Below, one piece after another: positions 35,849 to 44,863 of a DNA stretch of 50,135 nucleotides (its first letter is position 1; every line of letters starts with the position of its first letter). A program made the translations under genes and the position numbers. The stretch comes from a virus (Duplodnaviria > Caudoviricetes): the IMG/VR virus record IMGVR_UViG_3300011128_000204, positions 1 to 50,135 of that record; one strand, given 5' to 3'. The notes below the pieces were generated by a model. That model made no database searches. It saw only the letters and a program-made list of their open reading frames with translations, and had not been told where the DNA came from.

Positions 35849-36103
35849 ATGAGTTCAGTAAGACAAAAGATGGCTGCGGTACAGAAAGCGCAGAACAAAC
35901 AGTTTGAAGCAGACAAGCGTGGGTTCCTACCCCTTCAAGAGCCTACAGCAACGCTTAAGCCTTTGGTTGAAGAGGTTGAAGAGGTTGCGCCAGAGGTTGA
36001 AGAAACCACCCCAGCCCCTGAAAAGCCAAAAACTACAAAAACTGCAAAAACTACAAAAACTGCAAAAACTAAAAAACCAGCACCTAAAGGTAAGAAGTCA
36101 TGA
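35849..36103 (+). CDS. Small low-complexity protein
   Basis: AGGAG RBS; 9-bp tandem repeat encoding KTTKTAKTTKTAK. Confidence 0.7.
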   Translation: MSSVRQKMAAVQKAQNKQFEADKRGFLPLQEPTATLKPLVEEVEEVAPEVEETTPAPEKPKTTKTAKTTKTAKTKKPAPKGKKS

Positions 36104-36294
36104 TTAAGCGACAAACAAGTTTTCCACAGCCTAAAGTAACCGACAGCCAAGTATCTTATAAAGATCAAGGCACTGTTAAGTACGCTAAGGCTGAGACTAT
36201 TGCTACTCCAGGCAAGCCTGCTCCTTATGGTGCTGGTGAAATGCGTGGCACTGGCGCAGCACTGCGCGGCAAGAAGTTCTCAGGCATCAGTTAG
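36100..36294 (+). CDS. Small basic protein with RGTGAALRG tail
   Basis: ATGA overlap; C-terminal motif shared with other late proteins. Confidence 0.75.
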   Translation: MIKRQTSFPQPKVTDSQVSYKDQGTVKYAKAETIATPGKPAPYGAGEMRGTGAALRGKKFSGIS

Positions 36295-36314
36295 GCGCGT
36301 ATCAAGGATTAGTT

Positions 36315-37658
36315 ATGGAAATTAATTTAGGTGACTTAGGCATATCCCCAGAAATGCTGCGTAAATTTCAAGAGAATTACGGAAAAGGAATAGCTGCGCC
36401 AAAGAAAGTAAAGAAGACAAAAAAGGCTGCGCCGAAAAAACCTGCTGGCAGAAGACGGGGTCAGCCTGTTGGTGGTAGGGGTATTGATGTTAAAGCGCCT
36501 AAGCCTGTAGCGGCTATAAAACCTCCCAAGCCTAAGCCTGGTCGCAGAAGAACTAGGGTGGAGATAGAAGCGCCCGAAACTGTTCGCTTTGGTCGCAAGG
36601 GAACAAAAAGCGCCCGTCCTGTAGGCAAAGCGCCTGTAGCACCCAAAGCACCTGTAGTTGCTAAAAAAACTGTAGCGCCCAAGGCACCTAAGCTTCCTAC
36701 GTCTGGCGGCAGTGGTGGAATTGTGGCTTCTCAAGAATCCCGTGACTGGACGGCAGCTATTGAAGCAAGCGATTTATATCCTGAAATACAATCCGCCAAC
36801 CAAGCCTTGAACAAATATGTAAAAGAAAAACATGGTAACAGTCAAAACTCCGCACAGTCTGATCCAGCCTATCAAAAGATGGTAAAAGACTTGTTTGCGC
36901 TTCAAGATCAAGCGGCAGGCGGTGGCAGCATGCCTAGAACAGGACAGCCTGGAGGCCCACAACCTGGAACAGGCACGGTTCCAGATGATTATGATTATGG
37001 CAGTGGTGGCGGATCTTTCGAGTCGGCTTATATCGATTGGATGGAGTCTGAGCCGAAAGCGCCACCAGTACGAAGAGGAATGTCATCAGCCTCTAAATCA
37101 TATAAAGAACAGAAAAAACAATACGCAACAGATCTTGAAGCATGGAAAGCAAGTAAGCCAGCAAGGGCAACGTACAGCGCACCTGCGCCAACTGCGCCAA
37201 CTGCACCTGCGCCAACTACTGCCCCAATAGCGCCTCCGCAACCCCCTATGCCAGACAAGTTTGAGGGAAGGTATGTTCCACAAGCATCAATACTTGGTAC
37301 GCCAGACATGTCGATATCAAGTAACATCGTTGGTCAGTCATATGACCCAAGCTTTGCTGAAAGTTTTAAACAACCACCACAACCACCTGGCAGTACTTTT
37401 GGTGGGTATGGGGGGCAAGCGCCTATGCAGGCATTGAATCCATACGCAGGTATGGCTCAAAACAATCCGCAGCCTACTGACTTCTTCCCAACATACATCC
37501 CAAGACCTGCGCCTGTTTATGAGCCGCTTCCAGATCAAGGCAATACTCAATCAGACGCTCAACCTGTAATGGATCAACAAAGCCAAAAACCTTTGCTTAG
37601 TCAGAATCCAGGTAGCAGCAGGTACGGTGCCGATGGGATTAGGACGTATAGAAGATAA
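36315..37658 (+). CDS. Low-complexity Lys/Pro-rich protein
   Basis: 447 aa, likely disordered; AAGGA RBS. Confidence 0.7.
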   Translation: MEINLGDLGISPEMLRKFQENYGKGIAAPKKVKKTKKAAPKKPAGRRRGQPVGGRGIDVKAPKPVAAIKPPKPKPGRRRTRVEIEAPETVRFGRKGTKSARPVGKAPVAPKAPVVAKKTVAPKAPKLPTSGGSGGIVASQESRDWTAAIEASDLYPEIQSANQALNKYVKEKHGNSQNSAQSDPAYQKMVKDLFALQDQAAGGGSMPRTGQPGGPQPGTGTVPDDYDYGSGGGSFESAYIDWMESEPKAPPVRRGMSSASKSYKEQKKQYATDLEAWKASKPARATYSAPAPTAPTAPAPTTAPIAPPQPPMPDKFEGRYVPQASILGTPDMSISSNIVGQSYDPSFAESFKQPPQPPGSTFGGYGGQAPMQALNPYAGMAQNNPQPTDFFPTYIPRPAPVYEPLPDQGNTQSDAQPVMDQQSQKPLLSQNPGSSRYGADGIRTYRR

Positions 37659-37859
37659 ATGGATTCAATATCTTTAGCGGCATACATATACAAAAAGCTT
37701 AATCAATTTGAGGAAGCTCACGTTGACTACATAACATCTGGCCATGTTAAGGACATGGAGGACTACAAGTTTGCAATGGGTGAATTATCGATGCTTCGCA
37801 CCCTGCGTGATGAACTAAAAGAAGCGTTGCAGATTGAAGGAGATTCCCTCGATGAGTGA
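37659..37859 (+). CDS. Small helical protein upstream of GroES
   Basis: G.VKDMEDYK..MGEL..L pattern; abuts neighbours. Confidence 0.8.
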   Translation: MDSISLAAYIYKKLNQFEEAHVDYITSGHVKDMEDYKFAMGELSMLRTLRDELKEALQIEGDSLDE

Positions 37860-38292
37860 TCTATTATTAGATACCGTCGCAAAACCGTCCGTATTGGGCG
37901 CATATGTGAGTGAAGAAGAGAAGGTATTAGACCCTTCTGTGCTAGACAAGTCCTTGGTTGAAAGAATGCCAAACCCTTCTGGGTATCGTTTATTGGTCCT
38001 CCCTTACAAAGGTAAAGGTACGACTGATGGTGGTATTCAATTAATCCAATCTACGTTAGATAAAGAAAATCTAGCTACATCTGTTTGTTATGTAATGAAA
38101 ATGGGGCCATTGGCTTACAAAGATTACGACAAGTTTGGTGATGAGCCTTGGTGTAAAAAAGGCGATTGGGTTCTTATTGGTCGTTATGCAGGCTCAAGAT
38201 TCTCTTTAGAAGATGATCATGAAGTCCGCATCATTAACGACGATGAAGTTATTGGAACTATTCTTAATCCAGATGACATTAAGTCTGCATAG
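37852..38292 (+). CDS. groES: Co-chaperonin GroES
   Basis: PSGYRLLV...TDGGI...GP.AY...GDWVLIGRYAG...RIINDDEVIG. Confidence 0.9.
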   Translation: MSDLLLDTVAKPSVLGAYVSEEEKVLDPSVLDKSLVERMPNPSGYRLLVLPYKGKGTTDGGIQLIQSTLDKENLATSVCYVMKMGPLAYKDYDKFGDEPWCKKGDWVLIGRYAGSRFSLEDDHEVRIINDDEVIGTILNPDDIKSA

Positions 38293-38299
38293 GTGAAAT

Positions 38300-39382
38300 A
38301 TGAGCGAAGAAACATTAACAGAGGCATTGTCTAAGCTAGACGATGATAGCTCTGTAAGTAAGGCTGCAGTGCCTTCAGGCCGCAGAGTTGAGGAAGAACT
38401 TCAAGAGGGAGACGCAATAATTGAGTTTTCTGAAGAGGAAGCGGAGGAGATTGCTCCTGTAACAGAAGATTCTGTTAAAGAAGAGTTTGATGCCCCGTAT
38501 GAAAACCCTGAAGAAGAACTTTCAGAAGCTGAAGTAAAGGCAAAAACTGCACAAAGCAGAATTAACCAAGCGGTTAAACAAGCTAAAGAATATCAACGCA
38601 GGGAACTACAAGCCTTGCAGTTTGCAAAAGAGTTGCGGGATCAGAACCAACAACTGTCTGATCAATTGCAAAGCACTCAAGCGTCTGGCGCTGAACAAAA
38701 CCTTAAGATTCAAGAAAGCTACGGTAATGAGTTTGCTACCCGCGTAGACACTCAAGCTGAATCTGCTAAAAGAAATCTTAAGTCTGCGTATGAATCAGGC
38801 GACCCTGAAGCTATGGCTGACGCACAGCAACTTCTCGCAAGAGCAGAAGCGGATAGAAGTGCTTTAGCAAAGTATCAGCAGGAACTTGAAGAGTACAAGG
38901 TGCAGTATTCAGATTGGCAAGATCAGCAGCGTCACGCTCAAGAGCAAGCGCAGCAATATGTTGAGCCTGAATACCAGCAACAGTATCAAGAGCCTCAATA
39001 CCAAGAACCTTCAAACAAGTCTCAGGATTGGGCTACGAAGAATGAATGGTTCGGTAAAGATAAAGTAATGACCAATGTAGCATTTGCTATTCATCAAGAT
39101 CTTGTTGATCAAGGTGTTGACTTAGAGTCGGATGAATACTACGCTCAAATTGATTCTCGTATGAGATCTGAGTTACCTCAGAAATTTAACGAGCAAAATT
39201 TCGCGGGAGGCAATCAACAAACCGTCCAAACGGTTGTCTCTGGATCGCGCACGACTGGAAGTGGACGCAATCAAAACTCTCGTAGAGTTGCACTGAACCC
39301 AAGTGAACAAGCATTAGCAAGGAAACTTGGAGTTCCGTACAAAGAATACGCAAAACAGAAAATGAGGTTACAACGATCATGA
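38300..39382 (+). CDS. Putative capsid scaffolding protein
   Basis: Acidic coiled coil; WATKNEWFG; C-terminal LARKLGVPYKEYAK; position before the capsid genes. Confidence 0.75.
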   Translation: MSEETLTEALSKLDDDSSVSKAAVPSGRRVEEELQEGDAIIEFSEEEAEEIAPVTEDSVKEEFDAPYENPEEELSEAEVKAKTAQSRINQAVKQAKEYQRRELQALQFAKELRDQNQQLSDQLQSTQASGAEQNLKIQESYGNEFATRVDTQAESAKRNLKSAYESGDPEAMADAQQLLARAEADRSALAKYQQELEEYKVQYSDWQDQQRHAQEQAQQYVEPEYQQQYQEPQYQEPSNKSQDWATKNEWFGKDKVMTNVAFAIHQDLVDQGVDLESDEYYAQIDSRMRSELPQKFNEQNFAGGNQQTVQTVVSGSRTTGSGRNQNSRRVALNPSEQALARKLGVPYKEYAKQKMRLQRS

Positions 39383-39849
39383 GTGACGAGCAAAAGGCAG
39401 GCTCTAATAGAGCACCCAGAGGTAGCGGCGGAAGAACAGCTACTGAAGCTAGAAAGCCATGGCGTAGACCTCAAGCATTGGAAACACCAGAACCGCCTCC
39501 AGGCATGAAGTATCGTTGGGTGAGAACCCACATGCGCGGTGAAGCAGATAAGACCAATGTCCACATGAGACTTCGTGAGGGGTACGAACCTGTACATCCT
39601 AGCGAGATCGAAGGCTACGATCTCCCCGTCTTAGACGAAGGAAGTCATGCTGGTACTGTGGGTGTAGGTGGTCTGATGCTTACCAAGATACCTGAAGAAA
39701 CGGTGAACGAAAGAAATGCTCACTTTGAGCAGCAAACTAATCAACAGATGAATGCTGTTGACAATGATTTGATGCGCGATGAGCACCCTGCAATGCCAAT
39801 CTCTAACGAGAGAAAGACGCAGGTTTCATTTGGTCGAGGCAGAAAGTAG
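39379..39849 (+). CDS. Hypothetical head-module protein
   Basis: PPPGMKYRWVR...REGYEPV...GVGGLMLTKIP. Confidence 0.8.
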   Translation: MSDEQKAGSNRAPRGSGGRTATEARKPWRRPQALETPEPPPGMKYRWVRTHMRGEADKTNVHMRLREGYEPVHPSEIEGYDLPVLDEGSHAGTVGVGGLMLTKIPEETVNERNAHFEQQTNQQMNAVDNDLMRDEHPAMPISNERKTQVSFGRGRK

Positions 39850-39888
39850 CCTCGTTTTGATTGTGTTTATTAATTAGGAGATTCCAAA

Positions 39889-40473
39889 ATGGCAAATCAA
39901 GATGCCGCATTTGGCATGCGTCCAGCACGAATGATAGGGGGAGCACCCTACACTGGCGGACAAAGCCGATATAGAATCGCCGCTAACTATGGCACTGCTA
40001 TATTCCAAGGGGATATGGTCATGCAAGTTACTGGTGGTACAGTAGAAGTTCACGCTGACGCAGGCACTGTGCCTATCGTTGGTGTATTTAACGGTTGCAC
40101 CTATACCGATCCAACAACCAAGAAGACTGTATTCAGTAACTTCTATCCAGCAAGCACCAATGCTTCTGACTTAATTGCGTTCATCATTGATGATCCAATG
40201 GTTGTGTTTGAAATCCAAGCTACTATTGCGTTCCCGATTGCAGACTTGTTCGGCAACTTCGATATCGTTTATACGACAGCAGGAAGCACGGTAACTGGTA
40301 TTTCTGGTGCTGAGTTACAGGTAACAGATGGCGGCACTGCCACTTCACTTGCTCTTAAGGCAATTGACATATCTGAAGATCCTGAAAACTCAGATGTAAG
40401 CGCAGCACATACCAATGTGTTGGTAACTATTCAAAACCACTTGTTCGGCGTTAAAGGCGCTGGTCTAGCTTAA
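39889..40473 (+). CDS. Putative capsid decoration / minor capsid protein
   Basis: Beta-rich; MANQDAAFG.RP; immediately upstream of the major capsid gene. Confidence 0.7.
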   Translation: MANQDAAFGMRPARMIGGAPYTGGQSRYRIAANYGTAIFQGDMVMQVTGGTVEVHADAGTVPIVGVFNGCTYTDPTTKKTVFSNFYPASTNASDLIAFIIDDPMVVFEIQATIAFPIADLFGNFDIVYTTAGSTVTGISGAELQVTDGGTATSLALKAIDISEDPENSDVSAAHTNVLVTIQNHLFGVKGAGLA

Positions 40474-40485
40474 GGGAGTTAATTC

Positions 40486-41394
40486 ATGGCTATTTCAAGA
40501 GCACAATTAGCCAAAGAGCTAGAGCCTGGCCTCAATGCTTTATTTGGTATGGAATATGCGCGTTATGAAAACGAGCACGCTGAGATCTTTGAAACTGAAT
40601 CTTCTGACCGAGCGTTTGAAGAAGAGGTTCTGATCGTAGGCTTTGGTAATGCACGGGACAAGTCTGAAGGTCAAGGTGTCGGTTACGACTCTGCGTCTGA
40701 AGGTTTCACCGCTCGTTACACACACGAAACTGTTGCACTGGCTTTCGCTTTGACGGAAGAAGCAGTAGAAGATAATTTGTATGACCGCCTTGGCGCACGT
40801 TATACAAAGGCTCTTGCACGCAGCATGGCACACACCAAGCAAGTTAAAGCTGCTAACGTCTTGAACAATGCGTTCAATTCTAGCTTTGCTGGCGGTGACG
40901 GTGTTGAGTTGATTGATGATGCACACCCCTTAGCTGGTGGTGGTACATTCTCAAATCGTCCTTCAGCGTACTCAGATTTGAACGAAACATCTCTAGAAGA
41001 TGCTTTGATCAACATCTCTACGTTTGTTGATGATCGAAACATGATCTTGGCTCTGCAAGGAACCAAGCTTATTGTTCCACCTCAACTTCAGTTTGTTGCT
41101 GATCGTCTATTGGAAACACCAGGGCGTGTAGCTACAGCAGACAACGACATCAATGCTATTAGGAACATGGGACTGTTGCCACAAGGCTACGCAGTAAACC
41201 ATTTCTTAACAGACACTGATGCTTGGTTTGTCTTGACTGACTGCCCAGATGGTCTAAAGCACTTTGAACGTAGCCCGATTTCAACTTCTATGGAAGGTGA
41301 CTTCGACACAGGCAACGTGCGATACAAGGCTCGTGAACGCTACAGCTTCGGCTTTAGTAACCCACGCGCAGTGTTCGGATCGCAAGGTGCGTAA
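40486..41394 (+). CDS. Major capsid protein (HK97 fold, Mu gpT-like)
   Basis: MAISRAQLAKELEPGLNALFG..., LIVPPQL, NHFLTD..AWF, RYKARERYSFG; followed by a terminator. Confidence 0.9.
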   Translation: MAISRAQLAKELEPGLNALFGMEYARYENEHAEIFETESSDRAFEEEVLIVGFGNARDKSEGQGVGYDSASEGFTARYTHETVALAFALTEEAVEDNLYDRLGARYTKALARSMAHTKQVKAANVLNNAFNSSFAGGDGVELIDDAHPLAGGGTFSNRPSAYSDLNETSLEDALINISTFVDDRNMILALQGTKLIVPPQLQFVADRLLETPGRVATADNDINAIRNMGLLPQGYAVNHFLTDTDAWFVLTDCPDGLKHFERSPISTSMEGDFDTGNVRYKARERYSFGFSNPRAVFGSQGA

Positions 41395-41395
41395 T

Positions 41396-41411
41396 TGTTT
41401 CATGTGAAACA
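41396..41411. promoter_or_regulatory. parS-like palindrome
   Basis: TGTTTCATGTGAAACA, 15/16 match to the chromosomal parS consensus TGTTTCACGTGAAACA. Confidence 0.65.
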
Positions 41412-41413
41412 AT

Positions 41414-41445
41414 AAAGGAAGGGGCATTTGTTGCCCCTTTTCTTT
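41414..41445 (+). terminator. Rho-independent terminator after the capsid gene
   Basis: AAGGGGCA-TTTGT-TGCCCCTT followed by TTCTTT. Confidence 0.8.
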
Positions 41446-41516
41446 ATGTGTGATATAAAAAGTTATTCCTGACAGGCGCATACCGTGCCTGACACTAGCC
41501 ACGACAGGAGATCCTC

Positions 41517-42065
41517 ATGGCGAATACAACCTTCAATGGTGCAGTCCGTTCCGAGAACGGTTTTAAAGTTATTTCTAAAAGCTCAACAACTGGTGCAGTT
41601 ACTGACGTAGTCGATATTGCTTCTACTGGTATCGTAACCGCTAAGTATCTTAAGCACGTTGGGTACGCGACTGGTGTTACTGTAAACAGTACTGCTGGCG
41701 ATAGCCCGACTATAGGTGAGTTTACTCAGCCTGCTAACACAATTATCACTGACATCAAGATTTTTTGTGATACCGCTCCTGTTATTGGAACAGGCGACAT
41801 TGGTTATGAAGTTGGTACTTCTAGCTCTGGCGCACAAATCGTAGCGGCGGTGACTGATGAGATTCTTGATGGCGGCACCACTGTTGTTGTACACAATGTG
41901 ACTTTGACTACTTTGGTTGTTCAGACTCAAAGCGGTACTACGGCTCCTGCTTCTGTTCAATACACAGACACTGCAAGAACTATCTTCTGCAACATCACTA
42001 ATACAGTTGATGCTACAACAGCGGGATCGTTTACGTTCATCATTGAATACGTTCAGATAGCGTAA
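41517..42065 (+). CDS. Putative structural protein
   Basis: MANTTFNGAVRSENGF; Thr/Val-rich beta protein. Confidence 0.75.
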   Translation: MANTTFNGAVRSENGFKVISKSSTTGAVTDVVDIASTGIVTAKYLKHVGYATGVTVNSTAGDSPTIGEFTQPANTIITDIKIFCDTAPVIGTGDIGYEVGTSSSGAQIVAAVTDEILDGGTTVVVHNVTLTTLVVQTQSGTTAPASVQYTDTARTIFCNITNTVDATTAGSFTFIIEYVQIA

Positions 42066-42077
42066 TAGGGGATTGTT

Positions 42078-42479
42078 ATGGCTGACGCAGTTACCTCTCA
42101 AACCATCCAAGATGGTGAACGAAAAGCTGTTTTAAAGTTTACAAACATTAGTGATGGCAGCGGCGAAGCCGCAGTCAAGAAAATTGATGTAAGCGCCCTT
42201 TCAGCTAACAGTGCTGGCGCAGCTTGCACTGAAGTCGCCGTAGCAAAAATTTGGTGGCAGTGTGTTGGCATGGGTGTTGAGCTTTTAAATGATGCTTCAA
42301 CAGACACACTGATCATTGGTTTGTCGCCTGACTCAAACGGCTTTCATGATTACTCAGACTTCTCAGGCATTCCAAACGATGCTGGAGATGGAAAAACTGG
42401 CGATGTCATGTTCACAACGATTGGCGCAAGTAATACCGATACTTATACTGTCATTGTTGAAGTTCTAAAGAGTTATTAA
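42078..42479 (+). CDS. Putative structural protein
   Basis: 133 aa beta-rich ORF in the neck module. Confidence 0.75.
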   Translation: MADAVTSQTIQDGERKAVLKFTNISDGSGEAAVKKIDVSALSANSAGAACTEVAVAKIWWQCVGMGVELLNDASTDTLIIGLSPDSNGFHDYSDFSGIPNDAGDGKTGDVMFTTIGASNTDTYTVIVEVLKSY

Positions 42480-43156
42480 TGGCTACTTCAGGAAGTAGGG
42501 ACTTTGAGCCAGATGTCGCGGAATACATTGAGGAAGCATTTGAAAGATGCGGTCTTGAATTCCGCACAGGCTACGATGGTGTAACAGCTAGGCGTTCGCT
42601 CAACCTGCTTTTTGCTGACTGGGCAAACAGAGGGCTAAACCAGTGGACGGTAACCAATACAGCAACAACCCTTACTCAGGGTGCTGAGTTTATTGAGTTA
42701 TCTGGCAGCACCATTGATGTTCTTGATGTTGTCATTAGGCGAACTGATGGCACAACAACCACTGACATAAGCATGGATCAAATTGGTAGATCTGAGTATT
42801 GGAACCTTCCAAATAAATCTACCCAGTCTAGACCAACACAGTTCTTTTTAGACAAGCAAATAACACCCAAGCTTTACATTTGGCCTGCATCTGAAAATGC
42901 TACTGACCAGTTGATTATTAATCGACTTGTTCGCATAGAAGATGCTGACGCAAGCGTTAATACCGTAGGCGTGCCATTTAGATTCTACCCATGTCTAGCT
43001 GCTGGATTGGCGTATTACATTGCGCTTAAGAAAGCCCCAGACCGCGTACAGATGCTTAAGGGCTTGTATGACGAAGAGTTTGCCAGGGCTGCAGACCAAG
43101 ATCAAAGTAGGGCTTCATTAACAATCTCACCTGGTCTTAGGTCTAGGATAGCGTAA
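42479..43156 (+). CDS. Head-tail adaptor protein
   Basis: IEEAFERCG...ARRSLNLLFADWANRGLN.W...IWP...PFRFYPCLAAGLAYY. Confidence 0.75.
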   Translation: MATSGSRDFEPDVAEYIEEAFERCGLEFRTGYDGVTARRSLNLLFADWANRGLNQWTVTNTATTLTQGAEFIELSGSTIDVLDVVIRRTDGTTTTDISMDQIGRSEYWNLPNKSTQSRPTQFFLDKQITPKLYIWPASENATDQLIINRLVRIEDADASVNTVGVPFRFYPCLAAGLAYYIALKKAPDRVQMLKGLYDEEFARAADQDQSRASLTISPGLRSRIA

Positions 43157-43497
43157 TGTCTTTTGCGTCTGGCAAATACGCTCTTGCCATCTGCGACAGG
43201 TGTGGCTTTGAGTACAAATACACTAGCTTAAAAAAAGAGTGGACTGGCTTTAGAGTTTGCAACGAGTGCTTTGAAGTAAAACATCCACAGCTTGAGCCTG
43301 TTAATCATATTGCTGATGCTGAAGCTTTGCAGCACCCAAGACCGGCAGTAAATTCGGCAGATGTTGCTGGTGCCGGTGTGGTTAGGACCATAGATGCAAA
43401 CAAAGTCATGTCGGTAACTGATGACGTTATTGGTACAGAGTTTAGTCAGGATGCTTCTACAGGCGAAATTGGTACGGTAACGGTGGTTATAACATGA
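43156..43497 (+). CDS. Zinc-finger-containing neck protein
   Basis: CDRCGF...VCNEC.E.KHPQL. Confidence 0.75.
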   Translation: MSFASGKYALAICDRCGFEYKYTSLKKEWTGFRVCNECFEVKHPQLEPVNHIADAEALQHPRPAVNSADVAGAGVVRTIDANKVMSVTDDVIGTEFSQDASTGEIGTVTVVIT

Positions 43498-44129
43498 GTT
43501 TTACATTAGCGACATTGAAGTCAGCGGTACAAGATTACTGCGAAACTGCAGAAACTACCTTTGTATCTGACCTAGATATATTTATAAAAGAAGCTGAAGA
43601 GCGGATCTTAAAGAATGTAGAACTGCCTGTGTTTAGAAAAAACGTCACGGGTACTGCAACCACAAGCAACCCATACGTTTCTACGCCATCTGACTTCTTG
43701 GCTCCTTATAGCTTTGCTGTAATCTCAAGCAGCATATATTCGTACCCACTTCTTAAGCACGTTTCTTTTATAAGAGACTACACGCCAAACGCATCTACTA
43801 CAGGCTTGCCAAAGTATTATGCATTGTTTGATGACACCACATTCTTGGTAGCGCCTACCCCTGACGCTGATTACACCATAGAATTACACTACAAGTTTAG
43901 GCCAGCATCACTAACCACAACTTCAGGGTCCGAAACCACTTGGCTTTCTGACAATGCACCAGATGCGCTTTTGTACGGTACACTTGTAGAAGCGGCAACC
44001 TTTCTAAAGGTTCCAGAAGAGATTGGCCAGTACGAGCAAAGATTTATTGCGGCTACCGCTGCGCTTAAGAAGCTTGGCGAAGGTTATGGCGCTCGTGATG
44101 AATTTAGATACGATATTTCTAGGGGATAA
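43494..44129 (+). CDS. Second adaptor-like (tail tubular) protein
   Basis: FIKEAEERI...G.PKYYA...APTPD..Y.IELHY...WLSDNAPDALLYG.LVEA. Confidence 0.75.
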   Translation: MSFTLATLKSAVQDYCETAETTFVSDLDIFIKEAEERILKNVELPVFRKNVTGTATTSNPYVSTPSDFLAPYSFAVISSSIYSYPLLKHVSFIRDYTPNASTTGLPKYYALFDDTTFLVAPTPDADYTIELHYKFRPASLTTTSGSETTWLSDNAPDALLYGTLVEAATFLKVPEEIGQYEQRFIAATAALKKLGEGYGARDEFRYDISRG

Positions 44130-44131
44130 CA

Positions 44132-44425
44132 TTGGCATTTTTTGAAGCTCCAAAACTTGAGATTGGTAATGTATTAGTAACGACTACAACCAATAAAGGG
44201 CATGACCCTGAGTTTTGGGCGCAAACAATAGCTGACAGAGTTGTAAGCGTTGGCGGTAATTGTCATCCTGCTATTGCTCAACAAGCAGAAGAGTTTAAAG
44301 AGGCGGTTAAGGCTACGGCTTTACACTATATTAAAGAAGCAATTAAGAGCGATAGGACTACACTTACCGCTGAATTTGAACGTCAAGGTCATAAAGACAT
44401 GGCTGATATAATTAGGAGGCTATAA
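44132..44425 (+). CDS. Hypothetical protein
   Basis: 97 aa, TTG start, coupled to neighbours. Confidence 0.7.
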   Translation: MAFFEAPKLEIGNVLVTTTTNKGHDPEFWAQTIADRVVSVGGNCHPAIAQQAEEFKEAVKATALHYIKEAIKSDRTTLTAEFERQGHKDMADIIRRL

Positions 44426-44853
44426 TGGCTATTAGCACTGCAATGTGTACTTCGTTTAAGGTTGAGATTTTAAAAGGTGTTCATAATTTCACCGCTGCGG
44501 GAGATCAGTATAAACTTGCGCTTTACACAAGCTCCGCAACATTGGGCGCAGCTACAACTGCTTACACAAGCTCTAATGAAGCCAGTGGTACAAACTACAC
44601 TGCAAAGGGTGCGTTCTTAACGTCTATAACTCCAGTGGCTAGTGGTACAACTGCTCTTGCTGACTTTGCCGACCTTACATTTTCAAATGTAACAATCACT
44701 GCAAATGGGGCGTTAATTTACGGTGAAGCTTTATCTGGCGATCCTAGCGTATGCTCGTTGGCTTTTGGTGGAGATAAGACTTCTACCGCTGGTGACTTTA
44801 CTATCCAGTTTCCTACCGCTGACGCATCCAACGCGATTATTCGCATCGCATAG
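44425..44853 (+). CDS. Putative tail structural protein
   Basis: AMCTSFK.E.L.G.H.F...KLALYT...FGGDKTST.G.FTIQFP. Confidence 0.75.
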   Translation: MAISTAMCTSFKVEILKGVHNFTAAGDQYKLALYTSSATLGAATTAYTSSNEASGTNYTAKGAFLTSITPVASGTTALADFADLTFSNVTITANGALIYGEALSGDPSVCSLAFGGDKTSTAGDFTIQFPTADASNAIIRIA

Positions 44854-44863
44854 GGCATAACGT

